The translations under genes and the position numbers were made by a program. From Piptocephalis cylindrospora (Eukaryota), in the NCBI GenBank assembly GCA_003614145.1, contig KZ987748.1, forward strand, positions 1 to 32,220: a stretch of 32,220 nucleotides of DNA, given 5' to 3'. The notes beneath the pieces are model-generated. The model worked only from the letters and a program-made list of their open reading frames with translations. It was not told where the DNA came from and did not search any database. Shown here piece after piece: positions 1-12,301 of the stretch (positions are counted from its first letter, which is position 1; each line of letters starts with the position of its first letter).

Positions 1-279
1 CCCCCCCTCCCTCCCTCTCCCAAGACATTATGGAGGGCTGGGGAGAGGAGCTCTTTTGCCATTGCTCCCCAAGCTTACCTCAATACCAACCAACCATCCT
101 CCCGCCCCCCCAACCCGACCCCCCACCCCCCCACCCCTAATCCCCCCTCCACCAACACCCCCTCCCCCACCCCCGCCCCCCCCTCCTCCGCCACCCTTGG
201 TTCCGGAGCTGGTCGGTCCGTTGCCGGTGCCAGTGCCTTTGGTCTCTCTGCCCTTGCCGCTGGTATCCTCCTCCTTTAA
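1..279 (+). CDS. 3' end of a Ser/Thr/Pro-rich, probably GPI-anchored cell-surface protein (5'-partial)
   Basis: Frame 1 is open from base 1 to TAA at 277-279 and is absent from the ORF track because it has no start codon: ...NTNQPSS...PSTNTPSPTPAPPSSATLGSGAGRSVAGASAFGLSALAAGILLL*. It shows small omega-site-like residues (SGA), a spacer and a terminal hydrophobic tail. Some prolines may be C-biased sequence errors. Confidence 0.65.
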   Translation, partial: PPLPPSPKTLWRAGERSSFAIAPQAYLNTNQPSSRPPNPTPHPPTPNPPSTNTPSPTPAPPSSATLGSGAGRSVAGASAFGLSALAAGILLL

Positions 280-612
280 ATCTCTCTTCTCCACCCTGAG
301 ACGATGTGACCGCGAATGTGATGGTGTGTTGACGGCATGGATTGTTGATTCGACTACACAGCGTATAAAACGCATCAATAATAATACACCTCTATACTAC
401 TGCGTCTCCACACTACCTGAACATATCCCCAATTAGCACACACACATGAGTAGTGAACACAGTCAAGCAGACAGCCCACTGACCTTGATCAGTCTCTCCT
501 TTCTCCATTTACCTGCTCTCACCTAAACATTTCTCAGTGTCATTCACAAGCCCCTCTTCCCCCCCATATCCTCGTATTACTACCAGTACCATCATTAAGA
601 ACACATCACACC

Positions 613-1794
613 ATGGGAGGAGGCGATCTCAACTTTAAGAAGTCCTTTCATCCTCTCACCTTCCGGAATCAGGAACGGATCTGGAAGGAGGAGCACAAGG
701 CGGAGGAAGAACAGAAAAAGTTAGAGCAGCTACGGAAGGAACTAGAGGAGGAAAGACAACTCCAGGCCTTACAGAAACTCCAGGAAGATCGAGGTCAACG
801 GAAAAAGTCTGAGCGACTGGATTGGATGTACGCTGCTGGCCCTGGTGGGGCCCCGGCCATACAGAGTGCTGAGCAAGAGGCATACCTCCTTGGCCAAAGA
901 CGGGTGGATCCATTGCTTCGTCAATCTAAGGATGACGGGATACCGGCGGCGGGGGAGGAGGTGCGTAAGGGCTCGGCACGGGATGTGGCCTATCTTGGCA
1001 ATCAGAATGCCAACACCGTACGGGACATGCAAGCCAAGATCCGGGAGGATCCGCTCTTTGCCATCAAGAAAAGGGAGCAGTCGACCATCAAGACCATTGC
1101 CAGCAACCCCATTAGAATGCGAGAGTGGCGTGAGGAGAAGGAAGGAGGGGGAAAAAAGGACAAGCGTGATAAGGAGGGCGGATCCAGAAGGGACCGGCAT
1201 CACCATCGGGAACGAAAAGAGGAGGGGAGGGTTAGAAGGGAAAAGCTATCCAGACGATCGGAAGAGTCAAGAAAGCGATCCAGGTCCCCGGATGACCGAG
1301 TGAATGATCACCATCGATCATCCAGACGGATGAGGCCCTCCCATGGAGAGGACAGTCATCATGGATCCGGAGCCGCTTCTTCTCATAGAGAGGACAATCA
1401 TCACAGATATAGGGCCACCTCCTCCTTTCGTAGAGAGGGAGGGCAGTCTTCACGACACGATCGTGACCGTACCCCCAGAGACCGACTAGAGCCTCGGAAG
1501 GAGGGACGTTCTAGTCAGAAAGATGGAGAGGATAAAGAACGTCGGTTAAAAGCCATGATGGACAATGCAAAGAAGACCCAGGAGGATCGGGCCAAGAGGC
1601 TGGCCAAGGCTGATGAGGATGATCGGGTGCAGCAAGAGCTGGAGGAAGTGGCTAGGCGCAGGTCTCGAATGGGAGATGCGGATATTGGCTTTATCCGGCA
1701 GGCTCAACGATCCGTCTACTCGTCTGCCACGGCCTCTATCGCCGATCGGATCCAGCAAGGCTCTGGAGGCCGTTCCGATCGGCGGTACCAATGA
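613..1794 (+). CDS. CWC25: Pre-mRNA splicing factor Cwc25 (intronless, 393 aa)
   Basis: N-terminus MGGGDLNFKKSFHP...NQERIWKEE, plus the motifs RLDWMY, EAYLLG and KIREDPLFAIKKRE, followed by an R/S/D/H-rich tail. Confidence 0.95.
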   Translation: MGGGDLNFKKSFHPLTFRNQERIWKEEHKAEEEQKKLEQLRKELEEERQLQALQKLQEDRGQRKKSERLDWMYAAGPGGAPAIQSAEQEAYLLGQRRVDPLLRQSKDDGIPAAGEEVRKGSARDVAYLGNQNANTVRDMQAKIREDPLFAIKKREQSTIKTIASNPIRMREWREEKEGGGKKDKRDKEGGSRRDRHHHRERKEEGRVRREKLSRRSEESRKRSRSPDDRVNDHHRSSRRMRPSHGEDSHHGSGAASSHREDNHHRYRATSSFRREGGQSSRHDRDRTPRDRLEPRKEGRSSQKDGEDKERRLKAMMDNAKKTQEDRAKRLAKADEDDRVQQELEEVARRRSRMGDADIGFIRQAQRSVYSSATASIADRIQQGSGGRSDRRYQ

Positions 1795-1978
1795 TGGGCG
1801 AAACCAATAAGATGAGATACGAGGAAGCTATGGGAGTGTTCCTGAGCACGAAAAATACAATTTGAATTGTGGCAGCCTGCTTTTTCATGTGCCCTTAGAA
1901 ATGTATCGTCTATTGACCAATGATCTAATCGAATCCCTATCCGCCTCATGCAAAGAATGCTCTACCCAAAATCACAAC

Positions 1979-4545
1979 TCAAAACCAACATTCCTGTTGG
2001 AACTGTCCATGCTTTTCCATGATGCCCAGCAGGGTCCGGGCCTCTTCCTCGATCATACCGCCTTCCTGGATAAAGATGGTAACCAAAGCTGTGGCCACAT
2101 CATCAGGCATCCGGTTGGCATTTCTGTTCGTGGAATAGAAATAGATGAATGGAGGAGGAGGGGAGGAAGCAAGATGAAAAAGGCTGCAACACGTACCCTG
2201 AGAGTAAAATTTTGGCGCTTTCTTCGTGAATGGACTTCCACAGCTCCTGGGCATGTTCGACCATCCTATGTTGAACGTACACACGCTTCTCCTAAACCCA
2301 CGATTAATGGGGCTGTGAATTTTTTGTCTTTTAAGGGCTCTGATCCTCCAAGCGGAATCTAGAAGACACGTACCTCATCTCGAGAAAACGCCGTCCTTAG
2401 CTTGAGGTGCCCTTTCTGGGCCCATCCTTCCAGGTCCTCGCGAAAGTGGAAATCCTTGTCACTATACCGACATCCAAAGTAAACAGAATTCTCTGAGTTT
2501 AGAGCCGTGTCGGAACGGGGAAAGGTTGATGAGCAATGTTTAACATGTAAGATTAACTGGCCAGCCAAAAAAAAAACCTTACCGTAGGCACCTTGGGATA
2601 TTCTCTCTTGAAGAAATGATCGCATTGGGGCAAGCCCAAGCCCTAGCGTGGGAAATAAAAGGCAATGAATTCATCCGTTCTTCTAGCTTCATTCACACAG
2701 TAAACTCTGCATAAACATACCGGGACCAATAAGGATAAGAGGTGTTTTTGGGTCATCGGGGAGTTCCAAGGACCCAGGACTGATGGAGGCGGTTAATCTG
2801 GACCCCTTCTGTAAATCCTTCATCCACTGAGTGCATACGCCCACTCGAGGGCTAGACATCCTCGTGCGGTATCGGATGATTCCCACAGCAAGCTCAATCT
2901 CCCCCGTGGGCTATAGGTCAGGTCAAATAGCTTAGTCTATCAGCTCAAATCACTTCCTCCTAGCCACCATTCTCACTTACCTTGGGCGCAGATGCAATAG
3001 AAAAGGGCCGAGGCCTCAGCCGGGGGAAGACATCCAAAACATACTCAATTGGGATAACCATGGGAGTGAAGTCCTTGAGAACTTCATAGGCAGTCCGCTT
3101 CATGCGATGACAATAGGTTTGAAGATCATCCTGACCCTCGGGTGAGGTAAACTCTTGGAGTTTTTCCTTGTGCTCTGAATCTTGAGCAAAATGGGAAAGC
3201 CACTCGAAAAAGGAAGTCCTTGGAGTGGAGAAGGCATCAAGATGGTAGGTAAAAAGCTGACGCAGTGTGCGCTTTTCTTTAATCCATGCGGGATGGTTGG
3301 AAGATCCTGTAGAGTAAGGGGGGGGGAGATACCCTTTTAGTTTTTCATATATGCTAGTAAAGCAAATTCGTTTGCCCATGAACTTACCAGTTTCTCGAGG
3401 CTGAATATCTAAGAACTCATCGGCTCGTTCCGCCCATCCCAAAAGATCGAGGATAGCATCCACTTGCTCTGGAACATTCTCTGGTTGAATATTCATTACA
3501 TCCCCAGGTCGGTAGCTAAGGTGTGAGGTGTCACGAGGAAACCCCTCCTGCACATCTTTGTCCGGATCCATTCCAAATATAAAGTGTCGCACGTCCTGGA
3601 AGTGATCCGGATGGGTGATGCGAGTATTTTTCAGACAAGAAACCCTTCTTTCTCCCTCTTCGAGGACCAACCGGTATTGAAGATCCTCAGAACTCGAAGA
3701 AGGGGGAACTGGAGTAATACGGTAAGTTGAGGGCATGAGCTCATCTTCAGACATCTCCTCTACTCCCTTTGGTAAAGGGTATCGGTTCGACAGCCGGATC
3801 CATAGGTCCTTCAACCACGGGACAAGCGCTCCATCCAACCTAAGGGATACAGTGGGAAGTTAAGATGGGGCCGTATCCTTCTTTCCTTACTTTCACCTAC
3901 CCAAGGTAATGCTGATCATCCCCATCGCCCCGAGGAGCAATGGGATTGGCTCCAAGTTGCAATAAACGTTTATAGAGCTTTTTCCCTGGATAATTGAATC
4001 TTGTTGGGAGGGAGTAAGCAATTGGAAGTGGTGACACGAAGAAAACCTTGGACTTACTTGGCATACCCCGAGTCTCCCAAACCAAATACGGCATATGTGA
4101 TATGAGAGTAAAGGGTAGGACTAAGGTGGCGCTGGAGCATGGCCCGCCAGAACCTCTATAATATATCATCGAGGATAAAGTTGGTCGGTTAAGGACAATT
4201 CTATCCCGTATGTCATCAGTGGTCCCAGCTCGTGCCCTCTCTCTGACCTTCATATTTCGAGGTTCCTCTCCCTGACCAGTGGTAGCCACAGCAAAGAGAA
4301 TTATTGTTTCATCCGAAAGAGACGACTAGTACACATGGGAAAAGGAGGGGTATTAGAGGAAATGCCCACACCCTGCTCCGGCTCTTCTAAATATCATCAC
4401 ATACGCCGGTGAAGTCGTTGGCAGGATGAACCCTGACTGGGAACCGTCGACGCTTTGCTTGGCGAGCCATTCGCTCCGCTACATCCTCGGCACACCCAGT
4501 TTCCGAACCATAGAGAATAAGAATGGGGGGTCTTGTGCCGTTCAT
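1979..4545 (-). CDS. TAH18: NADPH-dependent diflavin oxidoreductase 1 (Tah18/NDOR1), about 11 exons
   Basis: Spliced product has ILYGSETGCAEDVA, ATTGQGEEP, YAVFGLGDSGY/KFNYPGKKLYKRLLQLGA, GDGDDQHYLG, HFQDVRH, PRPFSIASAP, LIGPGLGLAPMRSF, YFGCR, AFSRDE, VYVQH and the C-terminus QQECWF*. All introns are GT-AG. ATG at 4545, TGA at 1981-1979. Confidence 0.93.
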
Positions 4546-4878
4546 GAAGAATCGAGGGTAGACTATAAGTAACGATGAAGGAAAGAAAGAGGCGCAAGGC
4601 AGGAACGAGAAGGGACCCAGTTGGAACTGAGACAGCATCATCTCATATGATTACTAGATCTCCCACATATAATCACAGACGCGACCCTAGGACATGGTTG
4701 TTGGGATGACACACATAGACGCACGCGCTTGGTGGGTAGACCACCAAGGGCATCACGGCTGGTAGTGGATGAGGGCTTGGTCCCCAGCTCCGCCATAACA
4801 TAAAAAGGCCAGGGTTCAGCCAAGAGCTAGAAGGGCCCTTCTGGTAAGATTATATCATTTTTATCATTCATCCGCGCC

Positions 4879-7853
4879 ATGACCCTCGCACATCCAGACA
4901 CATCCTCTCAGTCCTCAGCCCAACCACTGACCCGAGCGGCAGAGGCCGTCTTGGCTACGACCCTGGATGATACGGCCCTATATCAGGCCGTATCCCATCT
5001 ACCCCCGGCCTATTATGACCACCAGGACACACAGGAGGAACCAGGGACGGGGAAGGGTTCGGATCGGGACCTGGAAGCTCTGGCCGACCCTAGTACACTT
5101 CGTGGATACATGGATGACGAATTGGAGAAAACGTATGCCGATCTTCTAGGCTCTTTTCAACCCATGCTGCAGGTGAGAATCACCGGCGAGGAGCTGTAGC
5201 AGTCGATCCTAAATTCACTCACTCATTTTCCCTTGAATCCTCAATAACACTAGGAGCTAGACCGCCTTGAGAGTTTGGTGGAACAATCCGGCGGGGCATG
5301 CCAATCGTTGGAGCAAGCATGGGCCACATTCTCTTTGAAAGCCCAATCCACTACGCGCGAATTGAATGCCCTGCAGGAGAAAATGTAATTGTGGCGTATA
5401 GGGAAGTCTAAGTAGTCTCCCACTACTTTTCTAATCCATCCCATCTTACAAACACGGTGTAGTGATGAGGAACGGCAGGCAGAGGAAGGTATTGAAGGCT
5501 TCATATCCCACCATCTCCTTTCCCCAGAGGATGAGGAGCGCTTAAAAGGGGAAAAGGTCGACCAGGGCTTCTTGGATGCTTGCACTCGCATTCAAACCCA
5601 TCTTGAGCGGGCCCACGATCTCGAGACAACTTGCCCTACCCTTGCATCGGAAATTCTGGATCAGCTCAGTGCTCTTCAGGATCCGGTACCCAAGACACTC
5701 AGTCGGTATATTCAACAGCAATATGCCTCCTGGGGGACTCTACAAGGAGGGGAGGATGTAGAAGTGAATCCTATGATGGCCCAGGCCATCCAAGCCCTTT
5801 CCCATTCAGAGGCGCTATATCAGTAAGAAAGATGGGGAGGGTATCTCTGAGAGAAACGCATGCTTCCTACCTCACCTCCTTTCCTCTATGGGATAGATCG
5901 AATGTGGATGAGATCATTAAGATTCGACGACGATACATGGCTTTGTCCTACTCTCGAGATATTGGAGAGGAGGGTCGAAGCGGTCCCTTGGATCTAGAAC
6001 GGGTCCGAAGGTATGCAGGGGATCGACTGGCCTGGCTTCACCAAGCCACCATGTCCGAGGTGGAAATATGGAGGGCCCTCTTGTCTTTAGATACAGGTGA
6101 GAAAATCATGAGAGGCACTCTCTTAGCTTCCCTTTTCCCCTCATCCCTCTTCATGGCTCTTATTCCACGGAACTTGGATAGATCCGAGAAAATCACACGA
6201 AAATCCTACATTTGCGCCGTGGGTGGATGCTACCTTTGAGTATATTCTTAAGCCTTTTCAGGTAACATTTCTCCTTTTCTTCCCCCTTCCCTAAGCCACT
6301 CTCTAAACCATTCATCCCTTTCTTGGTATTGCAGGCCTCTATCAAAAAAGCGCTTCGGGTAGAAGGAATGATGGCAGTTACGGGATACCAAATGGCCCAG
6401 ACTCTACAGTACTACACGCAAACCCTGACCCGGTACCTTGGGAAGGATGGGACCATCCCTACCATGTTGGACAGGTGAGTAACCTTATCTTCCTCCTAGC
6501 CATCTTCCCCATTCTCTCATGCATCTACTTTTAGTCTGCTAGGGGAGGCGTTTGAGGTATTTTTAAAAACGCTTGAGGTGCAAGCAGAACACTTTTTCCG
6601 ATATATGGAGGTAAGCCTGAAGTAAGAATATTTGGACATGATATAAGATATACTTTGTATCCTGACGCTATATGTATCCCTTAATTGCCCTTTCCCTTCG
6701 ATAGAACCCAAGCGATGATCTTGGATCACCGCCCATGGTAATTGAGGCAGCCAAGCAACTTGTAGGTCGCTGTTCTTGAATGAACCACACGCCCCCAATA
6801 GATTTTCCGCACCCACTCACCCTACCCCCCCCTCCTTCTCGGTGGTTGTAGCGAGCGATCACGGAAGCATATGCCAGTTCCATGACTGTTACTTCACCCA
6901 TCACTTCAGGATCCTCGGGACCCTCTGGGTCTGGGGAGGAAGAGGATGTTCGGAGACCAGGGTTTGACGGGGTCCTCGGGAGAATTTTGGGGCCCTTGCT
7001 TCAAGCATGTGAGCTGTCTGCGGGTACTGCAAGATTGAACGAAGGAAGACGGCATGTCTTTCTCCACAATTGCCTCTCTCTGCTTTTGGTCAGTAGATAA
7101 GCAATGTTACTTCCTTGAGTGACCCATGGAATTAGGACTTGCTTAACCATAATTCCCCCCTTCCAATTATAAACAGGAACATCTGGGTCAAGGACCAGGC
7201 ACTAAAAGTCGACGGGAGGCCCTGGAAATGGAAATGAGGGAACATGTGAATGGCATGATTCAGACTGAGGTAAGAGAGTGGACTTGACGGTGTAACTAGA
7301 GTGGACTCCCATACTTATTCGTCATTCTCTTTTTCCATGTTTTATGATAATATAGACCCGGGAATTACTGAAACGATCTGGTCTCTTTCCCTTTGCAGTG
7401 GCCTTGGAGGATGAAGATGACCCGGTACGGATACTCCCTTCCTTAGTTGTTCTTGCCTCTTTGGCTAACTGATTCGCCCTCCTATCCCATCATGGGTGTA
7501 CCAATGAGCAGAGACCATTGGCAGAAAGACCAAGGACATCCCCAGCAGCCTTGACTTCGGCCCTAGACCGTCTGGAAGAATTGCTGCTGATCTCCAATGT
7601 CGAAGAAGTGCCGAAGTACCTTTCCTATCTCCAAACACCCACCCAGGAGAAAGGGGAAGGGGGGTTAGGAAGAGAGATTAGCAAACAGACGACAGAGCGA
7701 TTTCTACATTTTTATCACGAAATCCGCCAGGCAGTAACGAAAGAGGAGGCAGGATTTGGATCGACGGTTGGATCAGGACGGGATGGGGGGAGGCGGATGA
7801 GAACGACCGAGGAGCTGCGCACTCTCTTGGTTTTTGATGATGGGCTTCTGTGA
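4879..7853 (+). CDS. COG6: Conserved oligomeric Golgi complex subunit 6, about 11 exons
   Basis: An N-terminal coiled coil, the COG6-like motif RRYAGDRLAWLHQATMSE, later LxPFxxSIKK and ILGPLLQAC segments, and the C-terminus RTTEELRTLL. Exons join in frame through GT-AG introns (for example 5173-5253, 5823-5896, 7426-7511). Confidence 0.8.
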
Positions 7854-7948
7854 TCGTGTGCTGTGTCGAGGAGAAGAGGAAAACACAATAGAATAGAAGA
7901 TGGCACAGGGTATAAAGCATTCTTGTCATTATAAACGATTATTCCCTC

Positions 7949-10181
7949 TCACTTAGAATCCTTCTTCTTCTTCTTCTTCTTCCCTTCATCCTGTTCATCT
8001 TTCTCTTTTCTCTTACTATTCCGATTTCTCCCGGAGCCGTCAGATCCTCGAAGTCTCTCAGCTAGCTTACGCTGAAATTCCTTAACACGATGCTTCTTCC
8101 CGTACTTCTTATGGTCCTTGACCTGGACTTCCTCAGGTCGATATCTGAATGAGGTGGGAGGTGATGTCAGTGAAGAGATGCAATGGCTGTAAAAGAGGGA
8201 AAAGTACGTACGGAGCGAGCTTCTTCACTGAAACATGCTGGTTCAACTCCTTATCCTCGGCAAGGAGGATTTCCTCGGGAGTAAGACCATAGTTGAGAGA
8301 ATCGACAGTGGTATAGCGGAACCGGGTGGGAAGATCTCCAATAGTATCCTCATAATCCAGCTGGTAAAACTCATCGATGTAATCCTCAAACTCTCGCTTA
8401 CTCAGCCGATGCTTGCCCGACTTAAGCCGTTGTTTCACCGACATGGATTCGGATGAGGCTTCAGGTTCATGGTCTTGGGCAGTATCCTCGGTATAATCAG
8501 CATCCATGTCCAGTTCCTCCACATCTTCCCCATCCTCCCTCCTCTTTCTCTCCAATCGAGCAGCCTTCTTCCTCCTCTTGGCCTCCCTCTTGGAGATAGG
8601 CGCTCCCTCCTCTTGACCCAACTCTTCCTCTTTGACAATGTCAGAAATATCAATATCATCATCCCATTCCGGCTTCTTTCCTGCCTCCTATTAAGCGAGA
8701 AAAAATAACAAATGAGTGAATATGCGCAATACACCATCGCTATCCCCTTTTCACATACCTCTCCTTGGTAATAGTCCTCGTTAAAGACCTTTCCCATACT
8801 GCCATCGTAATCATCGGGATTAAAATCGGCCTCGAGGTCGACAGCATCGATGCCAACAGCATCATTGCCGGTAATCTCCTGGATCTGACGGAGCTTTTTG
8901 AGGATCTCAGCCTTTTTCAGGTTCTTGAGTCGCTTGAGCTCCTCCCGTTGCTTGGCCTTCTCCTCCTCCTTGCGCTCGGCCACGGTTTGCCTAGCCTTCT
9001 TCCGGCGATCATCTGGCCGCCGGACAGACCCGGCTACCTGACGAGAGTGTGTGATAATTTGACCAGCGCCGGGTTCCTCGAAGCGGAAATTATACTGAGA
9101 CTCAAAGTCATCAGCCGCATCTACGGCCTCCTCATCCTCATCTAAATCCACTTCTTGTTCCGCGAGTCCGGTACTTCCCTTACTAAGCTGGTCGACCCAT
9201 CCGCGGTTGAGGATATAATCCATGAGGAAGGCCTCGTCTTTGCCCACAGAAGGATCTTCCCGGTAATTTTGCCACCGCTCAAACTCTTCTTTCCCTGAGC
9301 CCTTGGAGGCCATGGATTCGAGAAGAAATCTCTTGTAATCCTCCTCCTCTTCTTCTTGTTCCTCCTGGGTCTTATCCCTGCGAACGAAGAGATCTTGATC
9401 ATCCCCCTCCTCTTCTTCCATGGCTGCTTTCTATCAATAAGGAGAAATGTGGGGTTCAGTTCATGTAAGAGAAAAAGTGGGAGAGAGAGGCGTTCGCGAA
9501 GCTCTCCACAAAGGTTCACATACCTTAAGATTCATTCTCAGCATTTCTTGTTCTTCGACATGAGTCATCCGGCGAGGAGGGGTATCCTCTTCATCTTCAT
9601 CCTCGGACATGCCTCCATGTTCCAAGATGGCCTTACGGGTCATGTCCTTCATACGAATGGGCTTTTCAGACCTTTGCTGGCGTTGCTTCTCTTTCCAAGT
9701 GTTTTCCGCTTCGGCCATGGTCTTTGCGTCAAAAAAAGAGGTATCCTGGAGATAGACCGAGGTATCCTTGGACCGAATGGCCTGAAGGGTCCGCATGATC
9801 TGGGCATCGACAGCCGGGGTGACCATCTCTCCATGCTCATCCTCCTCCTCGGAGGTACTATCCTCCTCGGAATCCGAGCCTTCCCCCTCGTCCCCCATCA
9901 GGGTTTCTGGAGCCACCCCGGCTCTGACCGCCTTGGCCAGACGAGCAATTTGAGCAGGCTTAAGGTCGCCCACCGAATCCTCACCGTACTTGTCCCTCAC
10001 TACCATGGGACGAGGGATGAATGAGGCTTTGCACATGAAGTGGAAAGGGCGCGTCCTCATGTCACTTACATAGACCCAATTCCTCGGTTCGCTTCTTTTC
10101 CTCATACTTGGAAGCAAAGTCCGGGTTGATGGTAAGGGAAATATCGCTTCCCGGTTCGAAATCTTCAAAAATCCCTGACAT
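7949..10181 (-). CDS. KRI1: Kri1, 40S ribosome biogenesis factor (Krr1 partner), 5 exons
   Basis: MSGIFEDF...LTINPDFASKYEEKKRTEEL|LRDKYG, then FLMDYILNRGW, FESQYNFRFEEP, SVRR...RK, EELKRLKNLKK, YQLDYED.IGDLPTRFRY, YGLTPEEILLAEDKELNQHVSVKKLAPYR. TGA at 7951-7949. Confidence 0.95.
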
Positions 10182-10640
10182 GCTAGGATAAAATGGGATG
10201 GTGTAGTGGGAAAGGAAGGATGGAAGAAATCAGGTGAGTTGGATGAGCAAGGTACACTGAACAGGCTGGTTTTTCTTTTTTTGCCAGCCTTAGGATCTCA
10301 CAAGGTTCAACAAGCGTCAGTTCGACAAATCATCCAGTCTCTCAGACGGGTATAGAATGATGATTTGAAAGTAACAAAAAAGGGATGAAATTTAACATTA
10401 TTTTTGACCAAAATAAATCGCCAAATCCTCTGTGTGAAGATGTATGAAGTCTTCTACCTATTACTACCTCCCTCTAAATGACAGACACACACGGAGGTTT
10501 CCCCGCCCAGCGTAGTTGCCCCACACACCGGTTGTCTCCGGAAGGTCAGCACTTCTCCCTCCGAATTGTCCTGTGGTGTGTGGGGAGAGAGGAAGCAGGT
10601 GTTCCAGCGCAGTTGTAGGAGACCGACTATGCCTCTCGCT

Positions 10641-10737
10641 CCCTTGGATGCTCCACACCCTCCCATCTCTACCACTACCTCCGGTTGCCCCGCCTCCTTC
10701 CCCCTCTCTCCCCCACCGCTCTTCTCTTCACTCCATC
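10641..10737 (+). repeat. Left arm of an imperfect inverted repeat of about 95 bp (partner 13251-13345)
   Basis: Aligns by eye to the reverse complement of 13251-13345 with shared anchors CCCTTG, TCCCA, TCTACC-CT, CCGGTTGCCCC, TTCTCT and TCCATC at near-identical spacing. Confidence 0.6.
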
Positions 10738-10780
10738 CAACCCACCCCTCCATCAACTCACACTTGACCTTACTGCCCTG

Positions 10781-11963
10781 ATGTTGCCCCAGCTTGTTTC
10801 TCGTCGCGTCCTTTCCAACCAAGGTAAGCGTGGGGGTAAAGAGGACCAGACCAACGGCCTTTCCCTCTGACCCCGTCCATTCCTACACTCACCTCTTCAT
10901 CCCGACCAGGCCTCTCCACTGCCCTGAAGAGGACCATCTCCACCTCCCAAACCTCCGCTTCCCCCTACGATGCCAGCGTGAAGAACATGCTAATTGGTAA
11001 GGAGACCAAGGTGATCTGCCAGGGGTTTACCGGAAAGCAGGGAACCTTTCACTCGCAGCAGGCCATTGACTACGGTACTCAGATGGTCGGAGGAGTGTCG
11101 CCCAAGAAGGCTGGAACCACCCATTTGGGCCTTCCTGTATTCGCTTCGGTGGCCGAGGCCATGAAGGAGACCAAGGCGGACGCCACCTCCATCTACGTGC
11201 CTCCCCCCGTGGCCGCTGCCTCCATCCTTGAGGCTATTGAGGCCGAGGTCCCTCTGATCGTGGCTATCACCGAGGGCATTCCCCAGCAGGACATGGTCAA
11301 GGTGGTGTCAGCCCTCAAGACTCAGAGCGCATCCCGTCTCATCGGACCCAACTGCCCCGGCATCATCAAGCCCGGTGGATGCAAGATTGGTATCATGCCC
11401 GGTCACATCCATAAGCCCGGAAAGATCGCCGTCGTGAGCCGAAGTGGTACCTTGACCTACGAGGCTGTGGCCCAGACCACCGCCACTGGCATGGGCCAGA
11501 GTCTTGTGGTGGGCATTGGAGGTGATCCCTTCAACGGAACTAACTTCATCGATTGTCTACGCGTCTTCCTTGAGGATCCCGAGACCGAGGGAATCATCCT
11601 CATTGGTGAGATCGGCGGTAGCGCCGAGGAGGAGGCCGCCGCCTTCCTCACCGCCAACAATCTGACTCGGGAGACCCCCAAGCCCGTTGTTTCCTTCATC
11701 GCCGGTGTCTCCGCCCCACCTGGCCGTCGTATGGGTAAGTCCATTGAGCTTTAAATGGGCAGGCGTGTGTATGTACCACATCATTAGGGAACAGAACTCA
11801 CTCTTTCCCTCTATCCCATACAGGCCACGCTGGTGCCATCATTGCCGGTGGTAAGGGAGGTGCCTCGGATAAGATTGCTGCCCTCGAAGCCGCCGGTGTC
11901 TACGTCTCCAAGTCCCCCGCCAAGCTCGGGGAGCTCATGGTCAAGGCCATGTCTCCTGCTTAG
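10781..11963 (+). CDS. LSC1: Succinyl-CoA ligase alpha subunit, mitochondrial, 3 exons
   Basis: A mitochondrial presequence-like start [25 protein letters not shown], then [45 protein letters not shown] and the phospho-His motif RRMG|HAGAII. TAG at 11961-11963. Confidence 0.97.
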
Positions 11964-12301
11964 AGTGTGCTGTTTCCTTTGATTCTCTCTTTTTCGAGTC
12001 AAGAGCGGAGAGGGTGAGATGAAGAGAAAGGCCCAAATTGCTGAGGCCCTATATCCCCATGATCAAGGAAAAAGGCGTCGAGTAGGGAAAGAAAGATTTA
12101 TAAAGGATATGCGCCATGATTGAACCTTTCCTTCGTGTAGTAGATGGATGATATTGAGCTATGATAATACGGATCCCACCAACGAAACCTTCAATAGGTC
12201 TATCCCAACCAACTATATATTTCTCCAAAACAAAGAACATCCGGGATATGCGTACAGCGTTGGCTGGGGAAGAGGCACAAAATGGGGAAGGAGAGAGACT
12301 C

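Noticed and set aside
28..436. Gly-rich (28-378, -) and Pro-rich (56-436, +) ORFs
   Set aside because: They are shadows of a C-rich tract; frame 1 ending at 279 gives a more coherent protein end (GPI signal).
3873..3880. GTATCCTT, the U12-type 5' splice consensus
   Set aside because: It is on the + strand inside an ordinary GT-AG intron of a minus-strand gene. No intron I reconstructed has a true U12 donor (HOP2 GTATCT and Atg16-like GTATAT are only partial).
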